Shown here: one piece after another, positions 44,927 to 57,634 of the stretch
Layout of the letters: each line of letters begins with the position of its first letter
Position numbering within the stretch: position 1 is the first letter of the stretch
NCBI GenBank assembly: GCA_964019335.1
Contig: OZ025718.1
Location: forward strand, 62,001 to 126,000
Direction of reading: 5' to 3'
DNA from: Diplonema japonicum
Lineage: Eukaryota; Protista; Euglenozoa: Diplonemea
DNA length: 64,000 bases
Notes under the pieces: generated by a model
Databases searched by the model: none
Seen by the model: the letters and a program-made list of their open reading frames with translations, nothing else
Told to the model about the DNA's origin: nothing
Position numbers and translations under genes: made by a program

Positions 44927-45280
44927 AAACAAGTTAAGAAACACGATGAATGTCTGGGTACGGGTTGTGAGTGAAGCTCCATTCAGGGTAGCCTACACCA
45001 ACCACTCCCCACATGGTCAATTTCTGTGCCGAAGTCATGTCTGCCCTCCTCTCCACTTCCTGTTCTGCCCCTTCCAATTCTGGGAAAAGCCTCTGTAAAA
45101 CATGGGAAGTTTCTTTTTTTTTTTTTTTTTTTTTTACACGAGGGTGGGAGGAAGAAAAAAAAGGAAAATTTGATTGGGAGGGGATGTTTTTATTATTTCT
45201 CCTCCCCGCCACATTTTTCTTTTTTTTTTTTTTTATCATTTTGTATTGGTTCTTTTTTTTTTTTTCCTTCTTCCAACTAT

Positions 45281-45838
45281 CTACCCTGAGAAGGTAATGG
45301 AGGTAGAGTTGCTCTTGAAGAAGTTGTGGACCATCCCGAAGTCGAAGTCGGAGGTGCAGTTCTTGGGGGCGTTGGCGGGGTTTGCGGTGGCTGTGGCGTA
45401 CAGCATGTGGACGGGCTGCCCAGCGACGAGGGGGTTGTAGCCGCTCGCGATGGGGCGGGTGAAGGAGAGCGTGTAAGCGGCGCCTGCTGCGGAGAAGTGT
45501 GTGTTGCTGATCTCGAGCTTCGGCGCGCTGTTCGGGGGCGGGCTCCCCACGCACGACAGGGGCCTCACACAGGTCTCCCCAGACGGGGTGATGTACCCCA
45601 TCACGTAGTCCCCTCCCACCATCATCCCGTTCACCCCGTTGTACCCCAGCGAGAACCACATCAGCTCCTGGTTCGCTGTCGTGTTCACAGTCACGTAGGT
45701 GTGCACCACAGGCGGCTCCCAGTTCCACTTCAGGTCCACCGTCGCAACCCCTGTCGCAGCAGGGAACGTCATCACCCTCTCACCGTCGTACCCCGACACA
45801 GCACACACTCCAGCAAGCAGGGCAAGCGCGGCCTTCAT
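45281..45838 (-). CDS. Secreted DOMON-domain protein, copy A
   Basis: Signal peptide MKAALALLAGVCAVSG; WFSLGY..MMVGGDYVMG; LSFTRPI; C-terminal His (GMVH). Confidence 0.82.
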   Translation of the reverse strand: MKAALALLAGVCAVSGYDGERVMTFPAATGVATVDLKWNWEPPVVHTYVTVNTTANQELMWFSLGYNGVNGMMVGGDYVMGYITPSGETCVRPLSCVGSPPPNSAPKLEISNTHFSAAGAAYTLSFTRPIASGYNPLVAGQPVHMLYATATANPANAPKNCTSDFDFGMVHNFFKSNSTSITFSG

Positions 45839-46106
45839 TTTCTTTCTTTTCTTAAAGTTATGTAAAGGACAAGTATTTCCTATTTTGTGTGAGAAGACAA
45901 ACGGACAAAAAGAATGAGGAAAATGAGAAAAAAAAAAGAATGAATGAAACGGGGGGAGGGGGTGACTAAACGGACACAGAATGGAAGAAAAAAAGGGGGA
46001 GGGAAAAATACACACAGAGAAAGGTTTTTTTTTAAAGTCTTTTTATTCATAGATCGCTAGGTCTGGGCCGGTTGTCGAAGAAGGGGGAAAAAAAAGGGGG
46101 GGGGGA

Positions 46107-46250
46107 AAGAGTCGGCTGATTGTTTGCAAGCTGTTTTCAGGGATAAAACAGACAAGCTGCCTCTCTACTTTTTTCTTTTCCTTTTTTTTTCTTCTTTTTT
46201 TTCCAATACTTTAATTCTTTTCAAAGTTTGTTTACTTGTTCCAGCAAAAA
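46107..46250. repeat. Dispersed intergenic repeat, copy 2
   Basis: Similar to 29155-29280. Confidence 0.85.
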
Positions 46251-46251
46251 A

Positions 46252-46283
<32 letters not shown>

Positions 46284-46553
46284 AAAAGGCCCTAACGCCT
46301 CAATTGGCATGGGACAGGTGAAAAAAGTCATTTACAATGGGCAGGGCAGTAGGACAAAAGTTTCCCAGGTCGGTCATATGTCAATGTGCGATGCATGACA
46401 CAGTAAGACCTTTTCTTCCCACCCTTTCTTTCTTTCGCTGTTGTCTCTCCCCTCATCAGAATTCTCAGTCATTACATGCGAGAAATAGCAGAGTAAAAAA
46501 AAAAAAAGGAAAAAAAAAATGGAGTTGAAAGGTGGGGAAGAGCAGGAGCGTAG

Positions 46554-46597
<44 letters not shown>

Positions 46598-47244
46598 GAT
46601 AAAGTTTCAGTGTGCTCGCTGTTCAAATAGAAAAATTCACACTAATCGGTCACCGTTCTGCGGTTGCTGTCTGGTGCCTGCGGTGGCTGTTTGTCGCGAT
46701 GAGATGGACGGCAGAGGGCTGTTTGGCTCGAGGAGAAAAGTGATCTCCTGTCGTTGCCAAGTGCCGTCAGCATTGGCAGGAAAAGCAGCACACCCCCCTT
46801 TCTCTGCACATTTTTGGAAGCAACCCAAGAGGGAATAGAGGGAAAAAAATCATGCTGGATGATGCATGCTCTAAAGTCGCCGTAACCAAAGCATTCCCGG
46901 CAAGAAAGGTATTTTCTTTTTTTTTTTTTTTGAAAAATCTGTATGAAGGTCTCGGCTGAGGAGGGGAAAAAAAAAAATCCATATTCCCGGGCGCCGAAAA
47001 GAAAGACCGTCGGCACTTTCTTTTATTCCCTCTCATTTTTTCTTTTTTTTTTTTTTTTAAAGTATTTTTTCAATCCTTTCCGTGCGGGGTGGGGGATCAC
47101 AAACATAAAGAAAAAAGAAGAAGGAAAAAAAAAAAAAAAAAAAAAAAAAAGGGACAATTTAAAAAGGAATCTCGATATTTCTTTTTTAAGGATTGAAGAC
47201 TGCAGAGATATGTTGCGTTTAAAAAGGATTTTCTTAATAACAAA

Positions 47245-47289
<45 letters not shown>

Positions 47290-47671
47290 AAACTTCATTT
47301 TCACAAGCCCGAGACAGGCAGGTCCCTTCGGTTCTTTATTGGGTTGGTCACGTGAAGAGTAAACCATGTGTGTCCAAAGCAGGCAGCGTGTGTCTTGAAT
47401 ATCGAAGCATGGAATGACAAGGGAGCGGGGAAATAAAATAAAAACTAAAATATTTGTTAGTGTAGATGCACCCATCGATCTCAGTGCCACGGACTTAGTC
47501 ATTGTCCCTGTTACACACCACTCGTGGAAAAAAAAAAACCGGTGGTTCAGTTCAGATATTAGATTACAAGGCACAACGTTCAACAAAAGCGGGAAGTACC
47601 CGAAAGGCTCCTTTGTTCTTTCCCCCCTTATATCACTGTAGTGTCCGCAATGCACCCAGAAAATATATATA

Positions 47672-47764
47672 TGAGCTCGTTTGTATTAAAATGTCAACGC
47701 TATTTTTTTTTTGGCAGTTCGGAAATCGCGAGCATTTGTGGACATTTCTTTCCCAGACGAGCTA
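47672..47764. mobile_element. ~93-bp mini-MITE of the same family as 6851-7569
   Basis: (TA)n-TGAGCTCGT...AAATGTCAAC and GACATTTC..CCAGACGAGCT-ATA. Confidence 0.65.
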
Positions 47765-47784
47765 TAAACATATATATTCCCCTC

Positions 47785-47815
<31 letters not shown>

Positions 47816-48167
47816 CTCCCTTCCCCCCCCCCTCCCACCCCCTTGATAATAATACGTACAAAAATAAAAAGAAATAAAAAAGGGAAACTTGTCGTCGGTG
47901 GTCATATATATATTTGGTTTTTTTTCTTTTTTTTTTTTTTTTTTTTAAAAATAGTGTCATGTGTGGTGGTGGAAGTAAAATGGAGACTACCCTGCTTGTG
48001 AGCACAAGGTGTCTACCAAAAGAGGGAACTGGCCGCTGTTTGCACGTGCCGGAAGTTTTATAAAAACCCGTAAAAACACGTTGCCAATGTCCCTTCATTC
48101 TTGTAAAAAAAAAAAAAAGAGAGAAAAATCTGAAAAAAAAAAGGGAAAAAAAAAAACCCCCCAGTTT

Positions 48168-48551
48168 TTATGGAGCTTTTGTGTTGCTTTGTGTCAGTTT
48201 CACATCTCCAGGTTCCGGTTCCTCTGTTGAAGGGGATCGCATTTCCACTACTTGATCTATTTGTTCAGGTGCTGCTTGGGGTTCGGTGTCCCCTAGCAGT
48301 ACTTCTCCTGCTGCGATTTTCAGCGTGCCTTCTTCTGATGTTTCTTCTCCTTCTGGGTCTACCTCTACCTCTGCCTCTGCCTCCTCCCCCTCAGGGTCGT
48401 CGTCGTTCTTACTAATTTCAAAAACGTCTGGGTTGCTGTCGAAAGCTACGACCTTGTCCCTTCCTTCCTCCCCCCTTCGCTCGCCCCCTCTTTTCACCTC
48501 TATGCGATTTGCCTCCGTTACCTCCCGCTTTTTCGAAACACCACATCCCAT
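48168..48551 (-). CDS. Small acidic protein with dual-acylation N-terminus
   Basis: MGCGVSKK followed by an E/D/P-rich disordered sequence. Confidence 0.7.
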   Translation of the reverse strand: MGCGVSKKREVTEANRIEVKRGGERRGEEGRDKVVAFDSNPDVFEISKNDDDPEGEEAEAEVEVDPEGEETSEEGTLKIAAGEVLLGDTEPQAAPEQIDQVVEMRSPSTEEPEPGDVKLTQSNTKAP

Positions 48552-49016
48552 TTCCCCCCCCCCCCTCCCGCCCCTCGCTTTAAGTGGTATTGACAAACTT
48601 TGGGGGAAATTAAAAAAAAAGGGGGGGTACGAAACAGATATAAACGAGGAAGCCAGACAGGGGGGGGGAAAAAAAAAAGTTAAAAACACAAACATGCCAA
48701 ATCTTTTTTTTTTTTTTTAAATGGTATACTGCTCGGAGGGGGGGGTGTCGGGCTGACAAAATTCCAAAGGGCTTTCCCTGACCTTCAAAGAAAATCCCCT
48801 CAGGTAGCCTCACGCTACAGCCTATTTATGATGACCGTTACCTCAGGCGTCTTCCTGGTGCACTAGACATCGATCAGAGCACGTGCTTATAAAAAAGAAA
48901 AAAGAAGAAGAAAAAAAAGAACAGGTAGCGTTCGCACACGGCCACAAGTTTTCCCCCTAACAAAGAGATATTCTTTTGTGTTCCGCAACGTTGCTCAAAA
49001 TTAAACATTCTTTTTT

Positions 49017-49052
<36 letters not shown>

Positions 49053-49095
49053 TTTTTTTTGATTACTACGATAAATAAGTGTTTCTGTTCATCAT

Positions 49096-49126
<31 letters not shown>

Positions 49127-49211
49127 TACTAAAATAGTGAAAAAAGAGAGAAAAAAAAGTATAAGGGAAAATAGAATGTTTTACAAAAAAGAAACGAAGC
49201 TCGTAAAGAAG

Positions 49212-49258
49212 AAAAAGATGTCTTTGAAGGGAACCTGCAGTATGTGACAGGATCGCCT
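49212..49258. repeat. 47-bp dispersed repeat, copy 2
   Basis: Identical to 17292-17338. Confidence 0.9.
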
Positions 49259-49626
49259 ACAATAGAGAAAAAGGTTCGATCAGAGGTGCAATAACATAGC
49301 AAAAAAAAGAAAAAGAAAAGGATATGTCGTTTCCCCCAAGAAAAAGAACAGATGGTTTCTTGTTTTCTTTTTTTTTTTTTTTTCCCGTTTATAAAAAGAA
49401 GAGAACTAATAAAAGTGAAACAAAGAATTCCCTCTCTTCGCTTTTCTCCCGATTCAGGATAAAACAAGAACACAACAACAACAACAAAATCTAACTACTT
49501 CAAAGAAAAAAAAAAAAGAGAAAAAAAAGGAACGGGGACATGGACATGGACTGCCAAGTGAATTGCAGCTTCAGTGTGGGTGCCAGCTACGGGTGGCACG
49601 AGGAAAGGGTAAATCTCTTTTTTCTT

Positions 49627-49659
<33 letters not shown>

Positions 49660-49682
49660 CGTGCTTATTTCTTTTTTGTCCC

Positions 49683-52600
49683 CTATGTACGCACGGAGGT
49701 AAGGGGGCTTCCTGCTGGGGCCATTGAGATGGGGTCATCTGTAAATCGTGAGGTGCGCTGCGAGGAATAACTGGGCTGAGTAGGGGTTACATCCGCACTT
49801 GGTGGCACAGGGACAGGCGTAGACAAAGAAGGCCCCCTTCTTCCAGAAGGGGCTTTCAAGCTTACCATCATAGCCGTCCCCACCTCAGGGCTTGCCTCTT
49901 CGGGCAGAGGTTGATGTGTACTATTCATGCTGAGGTGGCCTCCTCCTACAGTCTTTAAGAGCTCTGTCTGCCTCAACTTTTCATCCTCCTCCCTCTGCAG
50001 CAGTTGGTTTTTGTGTTCCTCTTCTTTCGTCACCATCTCGGCTTCTTTCAATGCCAGCTCCGCTTCCCGGTCAGCCTTCGCATTCTTCTCCTCTTCCAGC
50101 TCCCGCCTCATCTTGTCCAACTCCTCATTCTTCATGGCCACAGCCTTCTCGTGGAGGCCCCTCTCCTCCATCTCCTTCGCTTTTGCATCCTCTGTAGCCG
50201 AGTTCTGCGCCTCCAGCAGCTGCCTGTTGTGGTCCAACTCCTGCATGCTCTCCTTCTGTGTGTCATCGGCCTTCTTGTGTTTGTAGTACGCAAGGAACGC
50301 CATCATGATGCAGCACACGGCAAACAACGCGATCAGCACAATCCACAGCGCGTCGTTGCCGCTGTCGCTGCTCTTGGGTTCCTCTTTAACAGCAGCGCCG
50401 CAGGCATTGTTCTCCCACTTGCAAGACGGCATATTCCCGCAATCTACCTCAGCACGTGCCCTGGAGCAGTCAACCGGCGGTGCAGGTGTGGTCGGGGACC
50501 ATGTCGTGCCAGGCACGAGTGTGGGTGCAATAGTCGGTGGGGCCATGGTGTCTGGTGCAAGAGTCGGTGCGATGGTGGGGATAGCAGTTGTACCGGGAAC
50601 AAGTGTTGGCGGTGCGTTAGTTGGCACCGCAGTAGTACCTGGTACCAAGGTGGGAGGCACAGCAGTAGGCACAGCTGTTGTACCAGGGACTAAGGTAGCG
50701 GGTGCAGTTGTGGGGACCGCTGTTGTGCCAGGAGCTAAGGTAGACGGTACAGAAGTAGGTTCAGCCGTTGTACCAGGGACCAAGGTAGCGGGTGCAGCAG
50801 TGGGGACAGCTGTCGTGCCAGGAGCCAAGGTAGATGGTACAGCAGTGGGCACAGCCGTTGTACCAGGAGCCAAGGTGGAGGGTGCAGTAGTTGGCACAGC
50901 TGTCGTACCAGGAGCTAAGGTAGATGGTACAGCAGTGGGCACAGCCGTTGTACCAGGAGCCAAGGTAGAGGGTGCAGTAGTTGGCACAGCTGTCATACCA
51001 GGAGCCACGGTGGAGGGTGCAGTAGTTGGCACAGCCGTTGTGCCAGGAGCCAAGGTGGAGGGTACAGTAGTTGGCACAGCTGTCGTACCAGGGGCAAGAG
51101 TGTCGGGAGAAGTGGTAACAGGGGCCGTTGTTGGCACCCCCGTCGGCATAGCAGTGCTTCCTGGAACTAATGTTGTTGGTGCAGTTGTGTCAGGGGATGC
51201 TGTGTCTGGCGCCATAGTTGGCGTTGCTGTGCTGCCCGGAGCCAAGGTGGGAGGGACCATTGTGGGCACTGCGGTTGTACCTGGTGCCAGGGTATCGGGT
51301 GCCACCGTTGGTGCAGCAGTGGTACCCGGAGCCAAAGTTGGAGGGACCATTGTTGGAACAGCGGTGCTGCCTGGAGTCATAGTTAGGGGGGCCGTGGTCG
51401 TGGGCGCTGCGGTTGGTGGCGCAGCGGTGTCACCTGGGGCTAAAGTGGGAGGGGCCATAGTCGGCACAGCAGTTGTACCGGGTGCTAGGGTATCAGGTGC
51501 CATTGTTGGAACAGCGGTACTACCCGGAGCCAAAGTGGGAGGGACAGCAGTCGGCACAGCGGTTGGTGCCAAGGTATCAGGTGCCGTTGTTGGTGTAGCA
51601 GTGGTACCTGGTGCTAGAGTATCTGGTACAGTTGTCGGTGTAGCCGTGCTACCAGGAGCCAAGGTGTCGGGTGCCACCGTAGGTGCAGCAGTTGTAGGTG
51701 CAGCAGTGGTGCCCGGTGCCAGAGTATCCGGTGCAGTTGTCGGCGCTGCTGTGCTACCAGGGGTCAAGGTATCGGGTGCCACCGTAGAAGGCGACATAGT
51801 GGGTGTTAATGTATCGGGTTGAGGTGTAGAAGGGGAACTCGTGTCCGGCGCAGTAGTATTTGGTGCAGGCGTATCAGGAGCAAGTGTATCTGGTGCTGTT
51901 GTATTTGGTGCAGGCGTGTCAGGAGCAAGCGTGTCGGGAACAGTTGTGTTCGGCGCAGACGTGTCTGGTGCGGCTGTGTCAGGCACAGGTGTCGGCTTGA
52001 GGATGCAGTTTGCAGCACCGCTCATTTGTGACCCAGCCCAAGGATCTTGGCACTCGCATTTCCAATTGCCGAGTGAGTTGACTCCTGTGTTCGTGTCGAT
52101 GCACTTCTGGTTCGCTAGGCACGACGCGTTGTTGATCGGGTCGAGGCACTCATCAAGGACTGTGGTGGCTGAGGTCGTGCGTTTTTCTCATACCGCAGGT
52201 GGCTGGCCCTGCTATTCCTGGTGTGCCAACAGCTGGTGCAATGCACGAGCATGTCCAGTCGCTGGTTGATCCCGTGTCCTTATTAGGATCATTGCAAAGC
52301 TGTGGTAAGGGGTCGTGAAGTTAAGAAGTTGACACACCTGCCCCACCTTCGCACACGTGTTGCCGTAACTATGCCCGGCACTATGTGCACTGTCTGCACA
52401 AGTAGAACATTGATGAGTGCACTCATCGAGCACTGTGTGTCGTATGGTTACTAAAGCAACATACCACACGCCGCAGGAGTACCAATGGCGGGGTATCCCG
52501 TCTGTGGCGCAATACAAGTGCAGAACCAATCATCCGTCATCGTCGTGTTGGGGTCTGTGCACGACTGACCCGCCATTAAACACACAAGGTTCAAGCACTC

Positions 52601-54709
52601 TCCCTCCACGGCTGTATGAATGAATGAATGAAACCAAAACATACAACAACTGGCTTGCCCACCAACCATCGTCTCTGTCGCCGGGGGCGGGCAGACGCAC
52701 ACCCAGTCCCCCGCTACGGTAAGGTCAGGGTCGTTGCACTCTTGCTTCGCAACTGTGCAACTTGCGGCGTTCGCAATGCACTCGTCGACAGCTGTGATAT
52801 AATCATGAACACGCACTGTGTCAACATACTGCAAGTAGGGGTGGTGCCCACGGCGGAACCTTCACCCACGTCACAGGTGCACTGCCAGTTACCAATACTC
52901 TCGGCGCTTGTGTCAAGGTCCAGACATGTCTGCCCAGCATCGCAGTGCGTGTTCCCCGCGCACTCATCGACAACACAGGTGGTGGGCCCAAGCAAGGTCT
53001 GCGTCCCCTGCGAGGCCACTGTGCAGGCACAGGACCAGTCAGCAAGGGATGTAGCAGACGTATCAGGGTCGACACAGGTTTGGTGGTGGCCAGTGCACAC
53101 GTTGCCCATTCCAGTGTTTGCACACTCAGGACACACAGTAGAGCATTCGTCTAACTCGCACACAGTAGGGCCACCTACAACTGGTGGTCCAATGGACGGA
53201 GTCACGCACTCGCACCGCCAGTCTCCAGCGATATTGGGATCCGGGTCCACACAGTGCTGAGACTGTGCGGTGCACACGATGCTCTGTGTTTGGCACTCAT
53301 CGTTCATGGGGAACGTGCAGTTGGCAGTGCCTGCCACTTGCGACCCGGTAGCTGGGGTTACGCAATCACAAGTCCAGTCACCTTTCGAGGACACATCCTT
53401 GTTGGGGTCGTTGCAAGACTGTCCCGCTCCTAGACATGTCACGATGTGGTCGTGACACTCGTCCTCCTCACAGGTAGCCGCCATCGCAACCGCCTCGCCG
53501 ACACCTGCGTCACAGATGCACTTCCAGTCACCAGTAGAGCTGGGGCTTGTATTTGGGTCCTCACATTTTTGCTTGGCGGAGGTGCATGTGACAGCGTTCG
53601 CGGTGCATTCGTTTAAAATGCAGTTTGAGACGGAACCCACATTCGACGTTCCCGTTTGAGGAGACACACACACGCACTCCCAGTTCCTCAGGTTTTCAGA
53701 ACTCTTGTCCACATCGATACATTGCTGCCCTGCATCGCTGCAGATGTCACCAGTCAGCGTCTTTGCACAAGTAGAGCAAAACTGTGCACATTCGTTCAAA
53801 GCTGCAGAGTGTTTTGTCTTTTTTTATTGGAACATACTACAGGTAGTAGGGGCGCCGGGCACGGCGGCACCTGCAAAAGGGGGTGTGCACTGGCATTCCC
53901 AGTCCCCCATAGTCATGGGATCGGGGTCTCTGCACACTTGCCCTGCCCCAGTGCATTTGTCCCAGTTATCCTGGCACTCGTCCGTGTAGGCTGTGAGAGT
54001 ATAATAAAGATGAAAACATACTGCAGGCTGCAACGCCCAACAGCTGAGATCCGGAGCCTGCTTGGCAGAAGCAGCTCCAGTCGCGGAGAGAACTTGAACT
54101 AGTGTTCGCATCTAGGCAGAGCTGCCCTGCAGCAGCGCAGGTGATGAAGCCCTCACTGCACTCGTCAACATTGCAAGAAGCGGCGGCGGCGACGGCGGAG
54201 TCTGTGGAAGGGCTGGGGCAGATGCATTTCCAGTCACCTGTCGAAGAGGGGTCTATGTTAGGGTCGTTGCAGGTCTGACCAGCATCGCGGCAGATCCTTG
54301 CGTTGGCAGAGGTAGAGCACTCATTGAGGCTGCAAGCCGCGGGTATCAAAAAGGCAGGGGAGCCAACAGCAGGAGCCTTGCAGAGACACGCCCAGTTGTT
54401 GAGCGATGTGGAAGCAGTGTTAGAGTCCCAGCAGTTCTGTCCCGCGTTCGAGCAAGCGGTGCCTGCACACGTTGGGCACATTGCGGTGCACTCATCAATG
54501 ACGCACGAAGCTGCCTTAGCCACAGCCTCGCCTGATGCAGGCGTGCGACACACACACTTCCAATCATTGGCAGGGGCAGCAGTCGGGGTCGGGTCAGTGC
54601 AGTCCTGACCGGCCGCAGCACACACGTCGCTTTTCGCAGCGTCCAGACACTCATCCTGTGCTGCCACTGTGCCAACCAAGCACAGCAGAAGGCATACCGC
54701 ACCACGCAT
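49683..54709 (-). CDS. Type I surface protein: Cys-rich EGF-like repeats, Pro/Thr mucin stalk, TM and cytoplasmic coiled coil; 7 introns
   Basis: Signal MRGAVCLLLCLVGTVAA; repeat DEC...C...GQ.C.DP...DW.C.C; seven 31-38 nt GT-AG introns restore one frame; TM ALWIVLIALFAVCCIMMAFLAYY. Confidence 0.9.
50480..51990 (-). repeat. Coding tandem repeat (mostly 17 aa / 51 nt, TLAPGTTAVPTxxP), mucin-like
   Basis: Read directly from the translation. Confidence 0.92.
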
Positions 54710-54922
54710 ACTTGGCAGCCCTGGAAAGATCGTGGTTTTTACAGGGCAGGGTTCAAAGGGGCGACGGGGATAACTGAATACAAAAAAAATAAAAAATGTA
54801 ATAAACGAAAGGGAAAAAAAACAAAAAACAAAAAGACAAATGTAGGCGGGGGGGAGCTGGACATGCATTTTTCTTTTTTTGGGAAGTTCATGACAATAAA
54901 AAAAAAGGGGGGGGAAAGTGCT

Positions 54923-55050
54923 CTATTCATCACCGCACTCTTCCATGTCTGCATCGGTGTCGGGGGGCGACGGCCCCGAGGGGGGTTTGGCTTCGATGGT
55001 GACTGTGTGGAAGTTGCGGTCGGGAATGGTGAACGATCCACTCGTTAGCT

Positions 55051-55088
<38 letters not shown>

Positions 55089-56116
55089 TATTGCACACAC
55101 CACAGGGAGAAAGAAAAACGCGACCAAATCTTCTGCTGCAAGCTTAGTTTCAGGGCACTTGTTCTTGAAACCCGGGTCGACGTTCGCTTCGATAAGGACA
55201 GCCTGCCCGTCCTCAGTAGGCACGTAGTCCATGGCGAAAATATTATACAAACCACCGGACTCAGGCGGACCAAACCCAGGGTGCTCCAACCATTTCTTCA
55301 TGACGGTTTTTATAATCAACTCAGCGACATCCACGCACTGTGACCACATCTTGCGGTAGAGGGGCCACAGGGAAGCATCTTTGTAAATACAGCTTGTTTT
55401 ATGACACAGGTCGGCCTCAGCAGAGGAAGAGTCCACATCATATTCAGCTTGCAATTTGTTTAACCGCAGCCTTCTGGAAAAGTGTAGGTAAGTAGTTCCA
55501 TCAGGGTGGTAGGTCACCAAGACCCATAACCGGAGCAAAGTCTTGTGCCCATCTATGAGTAAAGGATTCTCAACTTCCTTTTGAATAACGTACTTGTAAG
55601 TTGCTGGGAACGATTCGACGTGTTCTGAAATCTCATCTGAGTCCGTGCTGCAGATCATCATCTTTCGAGAGTTCATGTGGGAGACTTTAACGAACCATTT
55701 AGACGCCTTTCCTGGCGTGTTGTGTTCCTCGCGGCCTCTCAGGTATTCCTGAAGGTTTATAAACGTTTTAGGGTATATTTCAGACAGGCCGTACGTTCTG
55801 AATAGTTTCTCCATTGCTACCTTCCCGCCAAGCATGGATAAGAACTGCCTTGGTATACACCGCCATGCCGCTCCGCAATCGCAGCCTGCTGTTTTGTGCA
55901 GGAAACAAATCGCGTTCGCTTCCTCTCCCTCGCCCCATGGTATCTCCTCGGTTCTGTGTTTTTTTTTTTTTTTTTTTTTTTTTTTTTCCCGTACTTCGAT
56001 ACTTTTCTCACCCCAGCATCTTGCATCAATTTAATAACGTGCTTTTGATGACCCATCCCGTGTATGTACAACCTTGTATCCTCGCTGCTGTCATCTCTAA
56101 TGGATGACGTGCCCAT
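54923..56116 (-). CDS. Tubulin-tyrosine ligase family (TTL/TTLL) ATP-grasp protein, 2 introns
   Basis: WFVK, YVIQKEVENPLLIDGHKTLLRLWVLV, YNIFAMDY..DGQAVLIEANVDP. Flanking exons are joined by poly-A-containing GT-AG introns. Confidence 0.88.
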
Positions 56117-56147
56117 TAGTTTTTCTTTTTTTTTTTCCAAGGAGTGG

Positions 56148-57634
56148 ATGATGCTGGAATTGGTAAGGGTGAGGGATATATGGATTTCTTTTTGTCAAAT
56201 AGGAAATAGAAGGGTGGGGTGGGAGCAACAAGAAAAAAAAAAAAAAAAAAAAAAAAAGAAGGTGAGGGAGAGAAAAGAAAGTCCACACAACACAAGAAGA
56301 TGATGAATCAAATTTTTCAAGGCGGGGGCAGTGGCCACACACCCTATCGATAAAAAGCTCTTTCTCTTTCTTTTCTTTTTTTTTCCCCATCGTACCTTTT
56401 TTTTTAATAGTTTTGTTTCCCCCTTTTCTTTTGCTTAGTCGAAATTGAAAAGTAATCGTTCTTGTACCCCCCCTTTTTCTTGCCTACGCCCTAGTTGGGG
56501 AAGAGAGAGGAAGGGATATGGAAAAGAGTAAAGGGTAGCATTATGTCTTCAATCAAGAAACAAAGACATGGTGAAAGGTAGGGGTGGAGGGATGACTGAC
56601 AAGCGGCACATGTTTCAAAAGAAGAAGAAGAAGAAGAAGAAGAAGAAGAAGAAGAAGAAGAAGAAGAAGAAGAAGAAGAAGAAGAAGAAGAAGAAGAAGA
56701 AGAAGAAGAAGAAGAAGAAAAACAAGTTAAGAAACACGATGAATGTCTGGGTACGGGTTGTGAGTGAAGCTCCATTCAGGGTAGCCTACACCAACCACTC
56801 CCCACATGGTCAATTTCTGTGCCGAAGTCATGTCTGCCCTCCTCTCCACTTCCTGTTCTGCCCCTTCCAATTCTGGGAAAAGCCTCTGTAAAACATGGGA
56901 AGTTTCTTTTTTTTTTTTTTTTTTTTTTACACGAGGGTGGGAGGAAGAAAAAAAAGGAAAATTTGATTGGGAGGGGATGTTTTTATTATTTCTCCTCCCC
57001 GCCACATTTTTCTTTTTTTTTTTTTTTATCATTTTGTATTGGTTCTTTTTTTTTTTTTCCTTCTTCCAACTATCTACCCTGAGAAGGTAATGGAGGTAGA
57101 GTTGCTCTTGAAGAAGTTGTGGACCATCCCGAAGTCGAAGTCGGAGGTGCAGTTCTTGGGGGCGTTGGCGGGGTTTGCGGTGGCTGTGGCGTACAGCATG
57201 TGGACGGGCTGCCCAGCGACGAGGGGGTTGTAGCCGCTCGCGATGGGGCGGGTGAAGGAGAGCGTGTAAGCGGCGCCTGCTGCGGAGAAGTGTGTGTTGC
57301 TGATCTCGAGCTTCGGCGCGCTGTTCGGGGGCGGGCTCCCCACGCACGACAGGGGCCTCACACAGGTCTCCCCAGACGGGGTGATGTACCCCATCACGTA
57401 GTCCCCTCCCACCATCATCCCGTTCACCCCGTTGTACCCCAGCGAGAACCACATCAGCTCCTGGTTCGCTGTCGTGTTCACAGTCACGTAGGTGTGCACC
57501 ACAGGCGGCTCCCAGTTCCACTTCAGGTCCACCGTCGCAACCCCTGTCGCAGCAGGGAACGTCATCACCCTCTCACCGTCGTACCCCGACACAGCACACA
57601 CTCCAGCAAGCAGGGCAAGCGCGGCCTTCATTTT
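56148..57634. repeat. 1.4-kb duplication, copy B
   Basis: See copy A (44431-45841). Confidence 0.97.
57074..57631 (-). CDS. Secreted DOMON-domain protein, copy B (identical protein)
   Basis: Same translation as 45281-45838. Confidence 0.82.
   Translation of the reverse strand: MKAALALLAGVCAVSGYDGERVMTFPAATGVATVDLKWNWEPPVVHTYVTVNTTANQELMWFSLGYNGVNGMMVGGDYVMGYITPSGETCVRPLSCVGSPPPNSAPKLEISNTHFSAAGAAYTLSFTRPIASGYNPLVAGQPVHMLYATATANPANAPKNCTSDFDFGMVHNFFKSNSTSITFSG

Larger units (their letters stand above)
44431..45841. repeat. 1.4-kb duplication, copy A (DOMON gene plus downstream spacer)
   Basis: Near-identical to 56148-57634 apart from the (AAG)n length and the terminal ~90 bp. Confidence 0.97.

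Noticed and set aside
44934-45728. 264-aa alternative-frame ORF (also 56727-57521)
   Set aside because: Off-frame overlap of the GC-rich DOMON CDS running into poly-A.
50305-51822. 505-aa plus-strand G/A/V/T ORF
   Set aside because: Antisense shadow of the Pro/Thr mucin repeat.
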